A DNA stretch of 41,988 nucleotides. Source: Piedraia hortae CBS 480.64 (taxonomy: Eukaryota). This document shows, piece by piece, positions 1 through 10,549 of this stretch (positions within the stretch are counted from its first letter, which is position 1; each line of letters starts with the position of its first letter). The notes below the pieces were generated by a model. It did no database searches. It was not told the origin of the DNA and worked only from the letters and a program-made list of their open reading frames with translations. The stretch covers positions 62,001 through 103,988 of the forward strand of contig MU006010.1 of assembly GCA_010093745.1 (NCBI GenBank), given 5' to 3'. The position numbers and the translations under genes were made by a program.

Positions 1-1751
1 GTGATGCACGAGACGGCGCGCCGTTTACCAGACCTACTGAGTGGCGATTGCGAGCCGGGCCTGTCGTCCTCGCTTTCTTCCAGCGTTCGTGTTGTGCGTT
101 CCATGCTGATGAACTCCGTCTTGGGCTTGGGCTCAAACGGTTTGTTCTCTGTCAGGACCCTGCGGCCGGTAAACAGCTTGTTGGTTTTACGCGGCTGTCC
201 TGGTGTCGGTGCAGGGAGATTTTCCTCCGACACACCGACGCTGCCCTTGATGTCAACACCGGTCGCCAGCGGACCGTCGGTGGCTACGCCTTGCTCGTTA
301 TTGGTAATTTCTCCGAGGGCCGCGCGGCGTGGGCTGGCCAGTCGTTCACCATTTGGCGGAGGCGTGCACGTCTGTCCGTTGCTGGCCACACGCCGACTGG
401 AACGATTGGCGCGTGCCGGTGTCGCTGGTTGCATGCTGGCCATCAGCTTGGCCTTGATTGTGTCCTCGAACCACCACTCCCTGAACGTTCCCTGGTTCAA
501 ATGGAGCCAGTGCTGCTGCGGCCCAACCACCATGCCCGGTCTCATAAATCGCATATAAGCAATTACTTCGTTGGCAGTGAAGCCATGGCGGTAAATCAGA
601 TATGCGCCAATAAGGCAGCCCGTGCGGCCCAGGCCAGCCTTACAGTGAACGGCAATGCCTTTGTGCTTATCATTGATCATGCTGTGTGCGAGATTGACAA
701 ACTTGCGGACCAAGGTCAGCGGCGGGCAAGTGCCATCGTCAAATATCATATCCAAATGTTTGATCCCCAATGCCGTAAAATAGCTGGGCGAGTACAGCTC
801 TGAATTGAGACGCACAACGAGCCCGATTTTACGCTCCGCAAAGTGCGTCAGCACGTTCTTGAACGGCTCGGGCAGCGTTGTATCGCGGCTGAGGGCTGAA
901 AGCGACCGCGGCAGCGTCTGGTACCTGGCATCCGTCGGCTCAATCACGTCTACTGGCTGATGTTGGGGACTGGCAAACGCCAAGAAGTCGGGCGAGATCC
1001 AGTTGAAGTCGCCCTGGTCCACTCTCTCAAACCGCTCGTATTCGTCCAGGTTGAAGTCCTTGAGATTAACCAAGCCCTCCTCTTTGGCCTTCCACACGCC
1101 ATACACAACATCCTGTATGGTCAAAGAGTAGTCTGCCATGCTGTAACCAGCATCTCGAAACGGCATGCACGGCGGATCCATCTGGGAAATGGGCGCCAGT
1201 GCAAGATGCGGAGGCCATGACTGCAATACCACCATGTAAGTTGCCAGCACACAAGCAGCATTTGCTCGACCTGCCCCCGTCAGTTCAGGACTCACAGAAC
1301 AGTGTTGGGAAAACTTACTCCGCGAATCTGCGTGGCTCCAAAATACCACCGGCCGTCCTTCATTGTCAGGGTGGCTCAGCACATCGTGCAGATAGACGGC
1401 AAAGCGGAACAAATGCCCAATGTGCAATGGGCCAAAGTCCATGTGGAACGCATTGTAACGCAAACAACCGTCAATGGAAAAATAGCAAGGGGGCAGGCGC
1501 GGAGCGCGAGGAGCTGATGATGCTCGCTTGGACCGCTTTGGAGTTTTGGACGCTCTAGAGGGATATGGAAACGGAGTGTTTTCGTCTGGCGCATGTGTGT
1601 ATGCGGCAAGATACAGCCGGTCTGATCATGTTAGCTGCATACGCACCCAGCCCATCAAGGCCACCTTACCCGCAATGTATTCGATAATCTGCCCTATGTT
1701 GGCTGCCGAAACCGCCTGCTCCCCCGCAGCGGCTCGCGGGCTGACTGGCAT
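1..1751 (-). CDS. CDC14: Cdc14 dual-specificity protein phosphatase (3' end runs off the window)
   Basis: The minus strand reads MPVSPR..GQIIEYIA|DRLYLAAY..., GRANAACVLATYMV, GLVVRLNSELYSPSYF, LDMIFDDGTCPP, then the catalytic AVHCKAGLGRTGCLIGAY and MRPGMVVGPQQHWL. Two 48-nt GT-AG introns lie at 1622-1669 and 1271-1318, with CTAAC/CTGAC branch sites. The ORF track misses it because it is spliced and truncated. Confidence 0.95.
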
Positions 1752-2015
1752 TTCAAGCTGCAGTGTACACTGTGTGATCGCACAGCTAAAGTCGCGCCGA
1801 GGAATCTGGGCAGCAGGCGAGCCTAAAATTGGCTTAGAGGTAGTGGTATGAATGCGGTGTTTGAAGTTGCGCGGAACGTGGTCTGTTTTGATGTCGCTCA
1901 CCCTGGAAATGCCGGGGATGACAAACCCGTCGTCCGGGCAACGCCAGTCCTGGCAACGCAGAACCTGGGGTATGCCTGGAAACCTAAACCTGGAATAGCT
2001 TGGCGTACCAACGGT

Positions 2016-3687
2016 ATGATCAGAGAGGGGAAGTTCGTAGGCTGGTTGCAGCCCTCTCAGCAAGCTGCCCTACAATGGGCCAGGATGAATGGAGTTGAAT
2101 TCCATCACTGCTTACCTGGCGAGGCCCAAGGCAAGGGCAGTGCGTTATTAGCCACAGATGATGAGTTCTTGCCTGGCAATGGAACGTTGCTCACAGTGCC
2201 ACATGAATTAATTCTTTCTTATGAACGTGTGCTTGAGCACGCGATGGTTGATCGAGATTTTCGTGACGTCCTGGAGGCCATTGGTGATTTCGGTAGCGTA
2301 AGTATCTTCTGTCTCCTTGCCCCCGCGGCTCATAATCATCAATCAGCGCAATCTCTATGGAGGACAGGTAGAATTTTTCAACGTGTGATCGTTCAGCTAA
2401 TGTTAACATTCTGCGCCAGACTCCACGGGGCGCCATACTGGTCTTCCTCTTAGTGCAAGCTTCCATATCGTGCCCCAACCTCGGTGGACGTTCTGGCATT
2501 TATAGCGATCTCACCGAGTGTGTATAGGCACTTGAACCTTTGTTGAACCGTATACTGATCTCTACAGATATGTGAAGTCTCTTCCCATGGAGCTCTTGCC
2601 AACATTCTGGACCATTGAGGAACAGAAATTGCTTGTTGGTACCACGTTGGCTCCAGCGATAGCTGCAAAGCTTCGCAGCCTCAGGCGTGAATACGACCTT
2701 GTTTGCGATGCAATTGCGGATACACGATGGTATGGTAATGTTTCCCATACGATTGATTTTGAAGATTGGCTTCATGTTGATGCCATGTATCGTTCTCGTG
2801 CCCTGGACTTTCCAGGCATTGGACATTGCATGGTACCTTGTATTGACCTTGCCAACCACGCATCCGGTGAGTCTACTGTTGCCATCTACGAAAAAGACGG
2901 CCACGGCAATGCCATTTTACTATTACGAGACGGCAAGGAGCTGCGGGCGGGTGAAGAGATCACTATTACTTATGGCGATGAAAAGGGTGCCTGTGAAATG
3001 CTATTTTCATATGGCTTTCTAGAGCCTGAGCGAACTTCTGCTCAGACATTATTTCTAAGCCTAAGCTTTGAGCACGATGACCCCGATGGAAACTCCAAGT
3101 CTCAGATTGCAAATTGTGCGCCTGGGGTAAAAATTATCGACGCTGATGATGATGAAATAGACTGGACCGGTGACTGGATTTGGCTAATGTGCGTTGGCTT
3201 TGACGATGGGCTACGCTTCCAAGTTGCCAGAACAGTGGTGGGCTCAGACGAACTACACGCTTTTTTCAAAGATACCAAAATCCTCAATGGTGCTGCCCAA
3301 ATCCGTACTCTACTTAGCCAAAGTGAGCTTTGGCCTGTTTATCGCCTCCGCGCTGTGGTGATCCTGCAAAAGCGGATTTTTGATCAACTGCAGGTTCTTA
3401 GCAGTTCCTGGGACGATGTGGCGGCTGTGCAACATGGTGAGAGTGCAGCTGTTCGGGAATCGGTATATAAACAAGCCATGCAGCTAAGGAAACTGGAGTT
3501 TGAACTTCTGGAACAAGCCTACTCGAACCTAGAAAGAGACGTAAGTCCTTTTGGTCCTCACACAGGGCAATGATTTCATGCGTTTGGCTCACTTTTCCAG
3601 AAATTAGAGCTTGCGGAGGACAACGTAGTCAAGGAATTTTTGTCTAAAACGCAGGCCACTCCTGATTTCGAAGACGATTTTTCCTAG
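2016..3687 (+). CDS. SET-domain protein-lysine N-methyltransferase (Rkm/Efm/SETD3-like class)
   Basis: Motifs: MYRSRALD, MVPCIDLANH, GEEITITYG, EMLFSYGF. Introns at 2298-2419, 2518-2567 and 3541-3600 join the ORF-track fragments in frame, ending at TAG 3685-3687. The start ATG at 2016 is inferred. Confidence 0.88.
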
Positions 3688-4563
3688 AGGCTTACCACGT
3701 ACTTGGGTCCTGACTGAGGAAAAATGTCGCCTCCGAATAGGTAACAATCGTTATCTCGTATCGAGCTGCTTCACGGTGGGAGCCTACCTAGTCTTCCATC
3801 TATAACTAGGTAGTTATGTACCCAACCACCTACGCAACAAGACTCGGGTGTATTGTGCACTCAAGTGGTAAAACCTGCCTGTCCCACTCATACTCATACA
3901 GCCCAACCATGAGCGCTGTAGACTAAACCCGTCATACCCACCAGGTATACCAAAGACAAGGAAGAGATTGTCGTGTAGTTACCTGAGACGTCTTGCAGGG
4001 TGCGACATCCATCACCGGGAGAAAGTCAATATCTACCCAGCAAAACTGCTCATTGATCTTTGCACGGGGTAAGACCGTAACCCCTCAAGGCAAAGGCTCA
4101 CGATACATATTACTTGTGGTACAGCTAACTCCACCTGAGAACACACCATTTATGTGCATTCAACAACCCGACACCGGATACCACATGATCATAGAAGGAT
4201 CAAGATCTATCACAATTGTGACTGCAAGCACCGAAATGTACTGTCGTTCATGGTCTGGGTGGTAGGACGAAGTGTGTATGATATGTTGCAGACTTCACTC
4301 CCCAACGATCAATGCACGTTGCAGGAAGAGGAAATTACCCCAAAGTGGCCAGACACGGCAACGGCAGCGACGTCATCGCCCTCAAACGGTTGACGCTGTC
4401 GTCAGTCCCTGCTTCACAGAAACGGGATCCAGTGACATTAGCGGGGTAGCAGATAAACACAGAGGTCCCTTTTGCGAGCGGAATTCTCTCTCTTAATCTC
4501 GTTCTTCCTCGTCCATAAGTCCATCAAAAACAGACCAATTCCTCAAATTTGAAATCAGCTAAG

Positions 4564-5174
4564 ATGGGTGACAAGGATACTTCCACTCTCCAGTCGTATG
4601 TCGACAAGGCCGCCGGGATGGCTCAGAGCGCCTTGGGAGCAGTTACCGGCAGCACCGCCGACAAGAACGCTGGAGCCAACAAGCAGCATGAGGTCAGTAT
4701 TGGTCAACATAACGTCAAGCAATGCTGATGGTTCTACAGGCCAACATCAAGGACAGTGCCTCTCATGCAGGTACTTCGGCGGGAGGGTTCGCAATTGGTC
4801 CCACTGGTGTCGCCAAGGAGAATCCCGACCGCCAGGAGGGATCCTGGGACCAAACCTTGGGCTCGGCCAAGGAAGCAATTGGCGGTCTCGTTGGCGCCGA
4901 TGGTCTGAAACAGCAAGGCACTCAGCAGCGCACGGAAGGCGAGGCCAAACAGGCCAGCGGAGAGCTTTCTGACCTCGGAGCCGGTGTCAGCGATCGTGTC
5001 AAGGGTACGCTTGGTGGAGCGGCCGCGGGGCTTACGGGCGACCGAGAAAAGCAGTTGGAGTACCAGACGATGCACGACCAGGGCAAGGTGAGTAGCAAGG
5101 CTCTGGATCCGGGGATACGCTAACATATACAGGCACTACAGCGCGGCACTGAAGATGCCATTAACAGAAAGTAG
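4564..5174 (+). CDS. CsbD/UPF0337-like small hydrophilic stress protein
   Basis: Reads MGDKDTSTLQSYVDKAAGMAQSALGAVTGS, EGSWDQTLGSAKEAIGGLVG, DRVKGTLGGAAAGLTGDREKQ. Introns at 4693-4739 and 5088-5132; stop TAG at 5172-5174. Confidence 0.85.
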
Positions 5175-5460
5175 AAGAGAGGTATCAACGCCAGTCCTAA
5201 ATAGTTACGGTATGAGACGTGTCCTACGAATAGCGTCGTGATGGAAATGTTGACGGTTGCGTTGAGCCCCGCATGCAGCCACGCCAGCTGGTGGTGCCCC
5301 GTCCAGCCCGACCCAACCTTCGCGGCCATGTCTGCTTGGGGCGCCAAGCCCCAGAGGCGGAACGGCGGGGGAGGTTGCGAGTAGGTTGGCATGGACATTC
5401 ACACCTCAGCCCACGATCTGCCTTGACGTAAAGGTTTGGAGTTTGGAGCGTCGCTACACA

Positions 5461-6825
5461 ATGACAGAAGCACAACAAATGCCCGAGGCAGACGCATGCC
5501 GTAGCCCGCCCGGCAAGATGGTCCGCCGTTTCTCGACAGGCGCCAACGGTCTCCGCCCTCCGTGGCCGCAGCGGGCCGTCAACGGAGCAGCGACAGATGG
5601 ACTGGCGGTGGAACCCGCCCGAGGCCAGGCTCCGACGCTCGGGGGCGCCTGCTACTTCCACCGCCGCTTTGGCGACGCCGTTGACATCACGCGCGTACTG
5701 GACGAGATCAAGGCCGATGACCAGCTGAGTCACAGCAGGCTGGCGCACACAGCAGCCAGCGTGCGCGAGGTCAGCCGTCACCTGCAGCGGCGGCCACTGA
5801 AGCGAGCAGTGAGGAACATTATGATAGTCACCAAGGCGCGCGACAACAATCTGGTGACGCTGACGTGCGACCTGGCGCAGTGGCTGGTGACCACGCCGCG
5901 CTACGACCAGGACGTCGGCGTCCGCGTCTGGGTCGATGCCAAGCTGCGCAAGTCGCGTCGCTTTGACCTCGATTCGTTCGACCCGCGGCTGGTCGACATG
6001 GTGCAGTTTTGGAAGCCCGCCTTGTGCCTCGAACAGCCTGAGCTGTTCGACCTCGTCATTACCCTCGGCGGTGATGGCACGGTCCTATTTACCTCCTGGC
6101 TCTTCCAACGCATTGTGCCGCCTATCATGTCCTTTTCTCTTGGGTCCCTGGGCTTTCTGACCAACTTCAACTTTGCCCATCATCGCGACCACCTCGACCG
6201 CATCATGGGCGAAAGCGGGATGCGCATCAGCATGCGCATGCGCTTCACCTGCACAGTCTATCGAGCCGTGGCCGGCGGCAGCTCCCATGTGGAAGATGTC
6301 ACGCACGAGATTCTCAACGAGCTCGTCATCGATCGCGGGCCCTCGTCCTATGTTTCCTCGCTAGACCTCTATACTAACGAGACTCTGCTGACGCGCATTA
6401 GCGCCGACGGCATCATCCTATCCACGCCAACAGGGTCAACGGCATACAGTCTCTCGGCCGGTGGTTCCCTCGTGCACCCGGACATACCGGCCATCTTGCT
6501 CACCCCTATATGCCCGCATACCCTCTCGTTCCGGCCCATGGTGCTAAGCGACGACATGGCTCTAAAGGTTGTTGTTCCCGCTACCGGGCGTGACGGCGCC
6601 TACGTATCGTTTGACGGGAAAGGCCGTGTAGCTCTACACCACGGCGACGAGGTTGTCGTGCGAGCCAGCCCATATCCCTTCCCAACTGTCATGGAACGCC
6701 CGCTGGAGTGGCTCGATAGCGTATCCCGCACTTTGCGCTGGAACACGCGAGCCGTTGACCAGAAGGGATGGACTCCCCCGAGCCACGATCCCGAGTTTGA
6801 CATTGACTTTGATGAAGATGACTAG
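5461..6825 (+). CDS. ATP-NAD/NADH kinase (Utr1/Yef1-like)
   Basis: Motifs: LVITLGGDGTVL, SLGSLGFLTNF, ILNELVIDRGP, DGIILSTPTGSTAYSLSAGGS, TPICPHTLSFRP. Intronless; first in-frame ATG at 5461. Confidence 0.93.
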   Translation: MTEAQQMPEADACRSPPGKMVRRFSTGANGLRPPWPQRAVNGAATDGLAVEPARGQAPTLGGACYFHRRFGDAVDITRVLDEIKADDQLSHSRLAHTAASVREVSRHLQRRPLKRAVRNIMIVTKARDNNLVTLTCDLAQWLVTTPRYDQDVGVRVWVDAKLRKSRRFDLDSFDPRLVDMVQFWKPALCLEQPELFDLVITLGGDGTVLFTSWLFQRIVPPIMSFSLGSLGFLTNFNFAHHRDHLDRIMGESGMRISMRMRFTCTVYRAVAGGSSHVEDVTHEILNELVIDRGPSSYVSSLDLYTNETLLTRISADGIILSTPTGSTAYSLSAGGSLVHPDIPAILLTPICPHTLSFRPMVLSDDMALKVVVPATGRDGAYVSFDGKGRVALHHGDEVVVRASPYPFPTVMERPLEWLDSVSRTLRWNTRAVDQKGWTPPSHDPEFDIDFDEDD

Positions 6826-7217
6826 AGTTGCAGCACGTGTGGGCGGTTGCTCTGCTTATCCGTTTGTCCTGACTTTCTGCGTAGAATAATCGCAGTCGGC
6901 GTTTCAAGAAGTTCTGGGATAAAGTCGTATGATACACGATAAAAAAAGTATTCACAAGCCGACGACGGAATTGCGCCACATATTTCAAACGCCACCGCCC
7001 TTGCATCAAATCACCACAGGGAGGTTAAACGTGCTCAACGCAGAGAGTCGTAAACGACAACCGCGCCACTGCATCCGTTAGGATAGCGTTGAAATTATGA
7101 ATTTGTCTTTCATGCCAATCATCACTGGTCACAAAGCATGACTTGTGCGGATCCGGTCGTGGTTGGATCGGTCTCTTTTCCAGACATGTGCACTCGGGCC
7201 TGCCGAGTAACCGGAGA

Positions 7218-7242
7218 GGCAAAGGCAAAGGCAAAGGCAAAG
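7218..7242. repeat. (GGCAAA)4 hexamer microsatellite, equal to four CAAAG cores
   Basis: ggcaaaggcaaaggcaaaggcaaag, about 200 bp upstream of the PRM10-like ATG. Confidence 0.9.
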
Positions 7243-7439
7243 ACTATATTGAGGTGTGAAATCGACTCGTGAATTCACCTACCCTTTGATGGATCCAGTT
7301 TTCATGCCCACTTTTGTTGTCGGTCGTGAATGTGATAGGGGCGTATCTCTCTCAACAAATGCGGTTATCACTCTTTGTGATGAGTCTTGTTAGGAGTTGA
7401 AATGCAGCGTCCTTGTGTGCTGAGACGGCAGCTATTGCC

Positions 7440-9935
7440 ATGGACACTGGAGACAGCAGTCGCCCTGGCTCCCCTGGAGGTCGAAGGCGGGAGAAGAAAC
7501 GAGTTGAGTTCAGTTCAGATGATGCCAGTGGAACCGCAGTTCCCGATTCATTTTCCCAGCCACCATTCGGAAGGGTCAGAGGAGACAGTCTGAGCAGCAA
7601 TGTCATGAGAGGCTTGGGTCGGAGTACCATTCACTCTCGTTCCGGCAGCGCAACAGGAGTCCCTCCGCTTTCGGCTCAAGAGACTCAGCAGATCCATGAT
7701 GCTTTGAGGCTCCCGGCGCGACCTCGTCCTGCTCTCCGCAATGTCCCAGGACCTCAACCCAGCCTTGACGACATCGAGCTGGATGGTCACAATGAGGACG
7801 GCCTACGCTCTTTCCGGCGTGCCCGCGCCCGTGAGGCTTACGAACGGGGCAAGCAACTGGAGACGAGTGAGCGAACGCAGTCGGAGCTGAATTCAAGGAA
7901 TACGTCGCCAGACCGCTCACATAGCATCGCGCCGGAGGATGAAAAGGCTGCCGACTCGGACTCCGATGAAGGCTTGGAAATGGCCCGTCAGCGTAGAACG
8001 CGTACTGAGGCTCATAGACTGATCCGCCAACACTTGTCCACTCCCGATGGGGCTTGGTCTCCCACGCGTATCTTTGGGCCATCTACACCCACCGAGGAGC
8101 TCCATGGTTTTGATGACCAATATCCTTCTCCTGCCGAGTATCGCGGGGGCGTCCTGGGCTGGATCCTGCGGCTTTATCATTCCCGTTCCAGGCAGAATAG
8201 CATTTTTAGTGGATCAAGCGGCCTCACAACTCCGGCTGATTCTCCTCCGGCATCCGGCGCTTCTACCCCGACATGGTTCTCCTCTGCGAACAAGAGCTGG
8301 TCCTCGTCCTCCTTGGCCGGGCTCTTAGGCAATGCAGCCAGTTTTGGTGAGAAGTCCAGTCCACGCTTCAAGCATCATGGCGAGAAGAAAGGGCGGCAAC
8401 GCAGCTACAGTGCCACGGCGCTGGCGACCATGCAGCGAGTGTTGCGCGTCAAGAACGCTCGCCAAATTGAACAAAACATTGCCGAAACAATCTCGTGTCA
8501 AAAGTTTCTCGTGCGGCTGTGTCGTGCCCTGATGCTGTTCGGTGCGCCTACGCACAGGCTGGAAGAGAACATGCAAACGTGTGCGCGGATGCTGTCCATC
8601 CAAGCACAATTTCTGTACATCCCAGGGTCGATGATTGTGGCCTTTGATGATCTGAAAACGCACACATCCGATGTCAGGCTAGTGCGCGTGGAACAGGGCC
8701 TGGACTTGGGAAAGCTGCGCGACGTGCACGAAATCTACAAGCAGGTTATCCACAAACACATTTCTGTTGACCCTGCAATTGCTCGATTGGAGGACGTGGT
8801 CAACAGGGAGAGCAAGCACAGCCGCTGGTTCCGCATCGTCGTCTTTGGTCTGGCGGCCATGAGCGTCGGTCCCTTTGCGTTTGGTGCTCGCATCATTGAT
8901 CTTCCCGTTGCCTTCGTGCTCGGTTGCATCTTGGGTTTTCTACAACTTGTAATGTCGCCGCAATCAAAGCTCTATGCCAACGTCTTTGAGATTGCCGCCA
9001 CCGTCATCACCTCGTTTCTGTCTCGCGCTTTCGGTAGCATCAGAGATGTCAATGGGAAGTACATGTTCTGCTTTGCGGCCTTGTCGCAGTCTTCAATCGC
9101 CCTCATCTTGCCCGGCTACATCGTGCTCTGCGCATCACTCGAACTGCAAAGCCGTTCAATGATCGCCGGCAGCATTCGAATGGTGTATGCCATCATCTAT
9201 TCTCTCTTCCTCGGGTTTGGCATAACCATTGGATCGACCCTGTACGGCATCATGGACACCAATGCCACATCAGCTACAACATGCGAGTCGCCTATGAAAG
9301 AGCCTTACTTTTTTGCTTTTGTGCCTCTATTTACTCTCTGCCTCATCATCATCAACCAGGCCAAATGGAAGCAAGCGCCCATTATGCTAATCATTGCCAT
9401 TGCCGGTTATCTTGCCAACTATTATTCCTCCAAGAAGTTTACCGGTAACACGCAGATATCCAACACCATCGGCGCCCTTGTCATTGGTCTCATGGCGAAT
9501 CTCTATTCCCGCGTTGGTGCTAGCATGGAGAACAGGTTGATTAACCTTTGGGAGCGCATCTCGCCGCTTTCCTACACGTTAAAAAGGATGGAAGAAGGTC
9601 GTCCTCGCGTCTCCAATCGTCGCGTAGGATATGGCCTCGCCGCTGCGGCCATGCTCCCCGCTATCTGGGTGCAAGTCCCATCTGGAATCGCGGTGAACGG
9701 TTCCTTGATCTCAAGCATTGCCTCGGCCGATCAAATCACCGGTACTGCTCAGAACGGGACAACAGTCGCCAACAACAGCACCATGATGGCAGCCGCCTCG
9801 CCACTTAACACTATTGCTTTTACTGTGGGCTACTCCGTGATCCAGGTCGCAATTGGGATCACGGTTGGTTTATTCTTGAGCGCCATTGCGGTATATCCTC
9901 TTGGGAAGAGGCAGAGTGGATTGTTTAGTCTTTGA
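7440..9935 (+). CDS. PRM10: Prm10-like multi-pass membrane protein (ThrE / DUF1212 exporter family)
   Basis: A long S/R/P-rich N-terminus is followed by LCRALMLFGAPTHRLEE, GLDLGKL, SSIALILPGYIVLCASLELQSRSMIAGSIRMVYAIIYSLFLGFGI and VIQVAIGITVGLF, with many hydrophobic segments and a C-terminal SGLFSL. Confidence 0.88.
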   Translation: MDTGDSSRPGSPGGRRREKKRVEFSSDDASGTAVPDSFSQPPFGRVRGDSLSSNVMRGLGRSTIHSRSGSATGVPPLSAQETQQIHDALRLPARPRPALRNVPGPQPSLDDIELDGHNEDGLRSFRRARAREAYERGKQLETSERTQSELNSRNTSPDRSHSIAPEDEKAADSDSDEGLEMARQRRTRTEAHRLIRQHLSTPDGAWSPTRIFGPSTPTEELHGFDDQYPSPAEYRGGVLGWILRLYHSRSRQNSIFSGSSGLTTPADSPPASGASTPTWFSSANKSWSSSSLAGLLGNAASFGEKSSPRFKHHGEKKGRQRSYSATALATMQRVLRVKNARQIEQNIAETISCQKFLVRLCRALMLFGAPTHRLEENMQTCARMLSIQAQFLYIPGSMIVAFDDLKTHTSDVRLVRVEQGLDLGKLRDVHEIYKQVIHKHISVDPAIARLEDVVNRESKHSRWFRIVVFGLAAMSVGPFAFGARIIDLPVAFVLGCILGFLQLVMSPQSKLYANVFEIAATVITSFLSRAFGSIRDVNGKYMFCFAALSQSSIALILPGYIVLCASLELQSRSMIAGSIRMVYAIIYSLFLGFGITIGSTLYGIMDTNATSATTCESPMKEPYFFAFVPLFTLCLIIINQAKWKQAPIMLIIAIAGYLANYYSSKKFTGNTQISNTIGALVIGLMANLYSRVGASMENRLINLWERISPLSYTLKRMEEGRPRVSNRRVGYGLAAAAMLPAIWVQVPSGIAVNGSLISSIASADQITGTAQNGTTVANNSTMMAAASPLNTIAFTVGYSVIQVAIGITVGLFLSAIAVYPLGKRQSGLFSL

Positions 9936-10093
9936 CGGGTGTTTTATGTAGTTGATACCCAACCACGAATTTAATTGAACCAGGCAGCATTCTCTCAGTC
10001 ATTTCTGTTTACTTTATATGCATCCAATCTTGAACTTTCAGCACGGCGTCCTCGGTCCATTAGACCACACAAAAAAAAAAAAGCAAAAAGTGA

Positions 10094-10178
10094 TGGACGG
10101 GTAGGGGATCGAACCCTAGACCTCTCGCAGATTTCCAGTTCGTGCAAAGCGAGCGCTCTACCACTGAGCTACACGCCC
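10094..10178 (-). tRNA. tRNA-Ala(TGC) with 13-nt intron (10130-10142)
   Basis: Folds as GGGCGTG TA GCTC AGTGGTA GAGC G CTCGC TT TGC A [intron] T GCGAG AGGTC TAGGG TTCGATC CCCTA CCCGTCC A. It has the G3:U70 alanine identity pair, an intron at the canonical 37/38 position and downstream T-runs. Confidence 0.95.
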
Positions 10179-10549
10179 TTGATGCGATACCTTACTATAT
10201 CATTAGAATTATGAAATTAATCAACAAGATGACTCGAAAATCATCAAAGACAACTTATGGACAGCTTTTGCCATGATAAAATACCCCGTTCCTAGTCTGC
10301 TAAGAACAAGCTTTTATCCTATTCTCAACACTTGCCTTGATCACAAATTTTCAGTTTTGATGCTGTTAGTTGTGTCGAAGTTGAAAATCTAATAGATGGT
10401 TTCTCCGTGCCAGTCTTCTACGCTATGCTTGATTCAGCCTGCTACATTCTGACTGGGATAAAGCATCACACGATAAACAAAAGGGGCCGCAGAGAACGGT
10501 GCCAGGATTCCGTACAGGCTAAACTTAAGCAGTTTGCTAAAGCTCCCGA

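Noticed and set aside
1..1851. Long plus-strand ORFs (1-558, 48-803, 960-1220 and others)
   Set aside because: They are antisense shadows of the spliced minus-strand CDC14 gene and have no recognisable motifs.
3784..3813. 9-bp inverted repeat CTACCTAGT/ACTAGGTAG downstream of the SET gene
   Set aside because: It is a single short hairpin made of TACCTA/TAGGTA words common in fungal intergenic DNA, with no TSD or element context.
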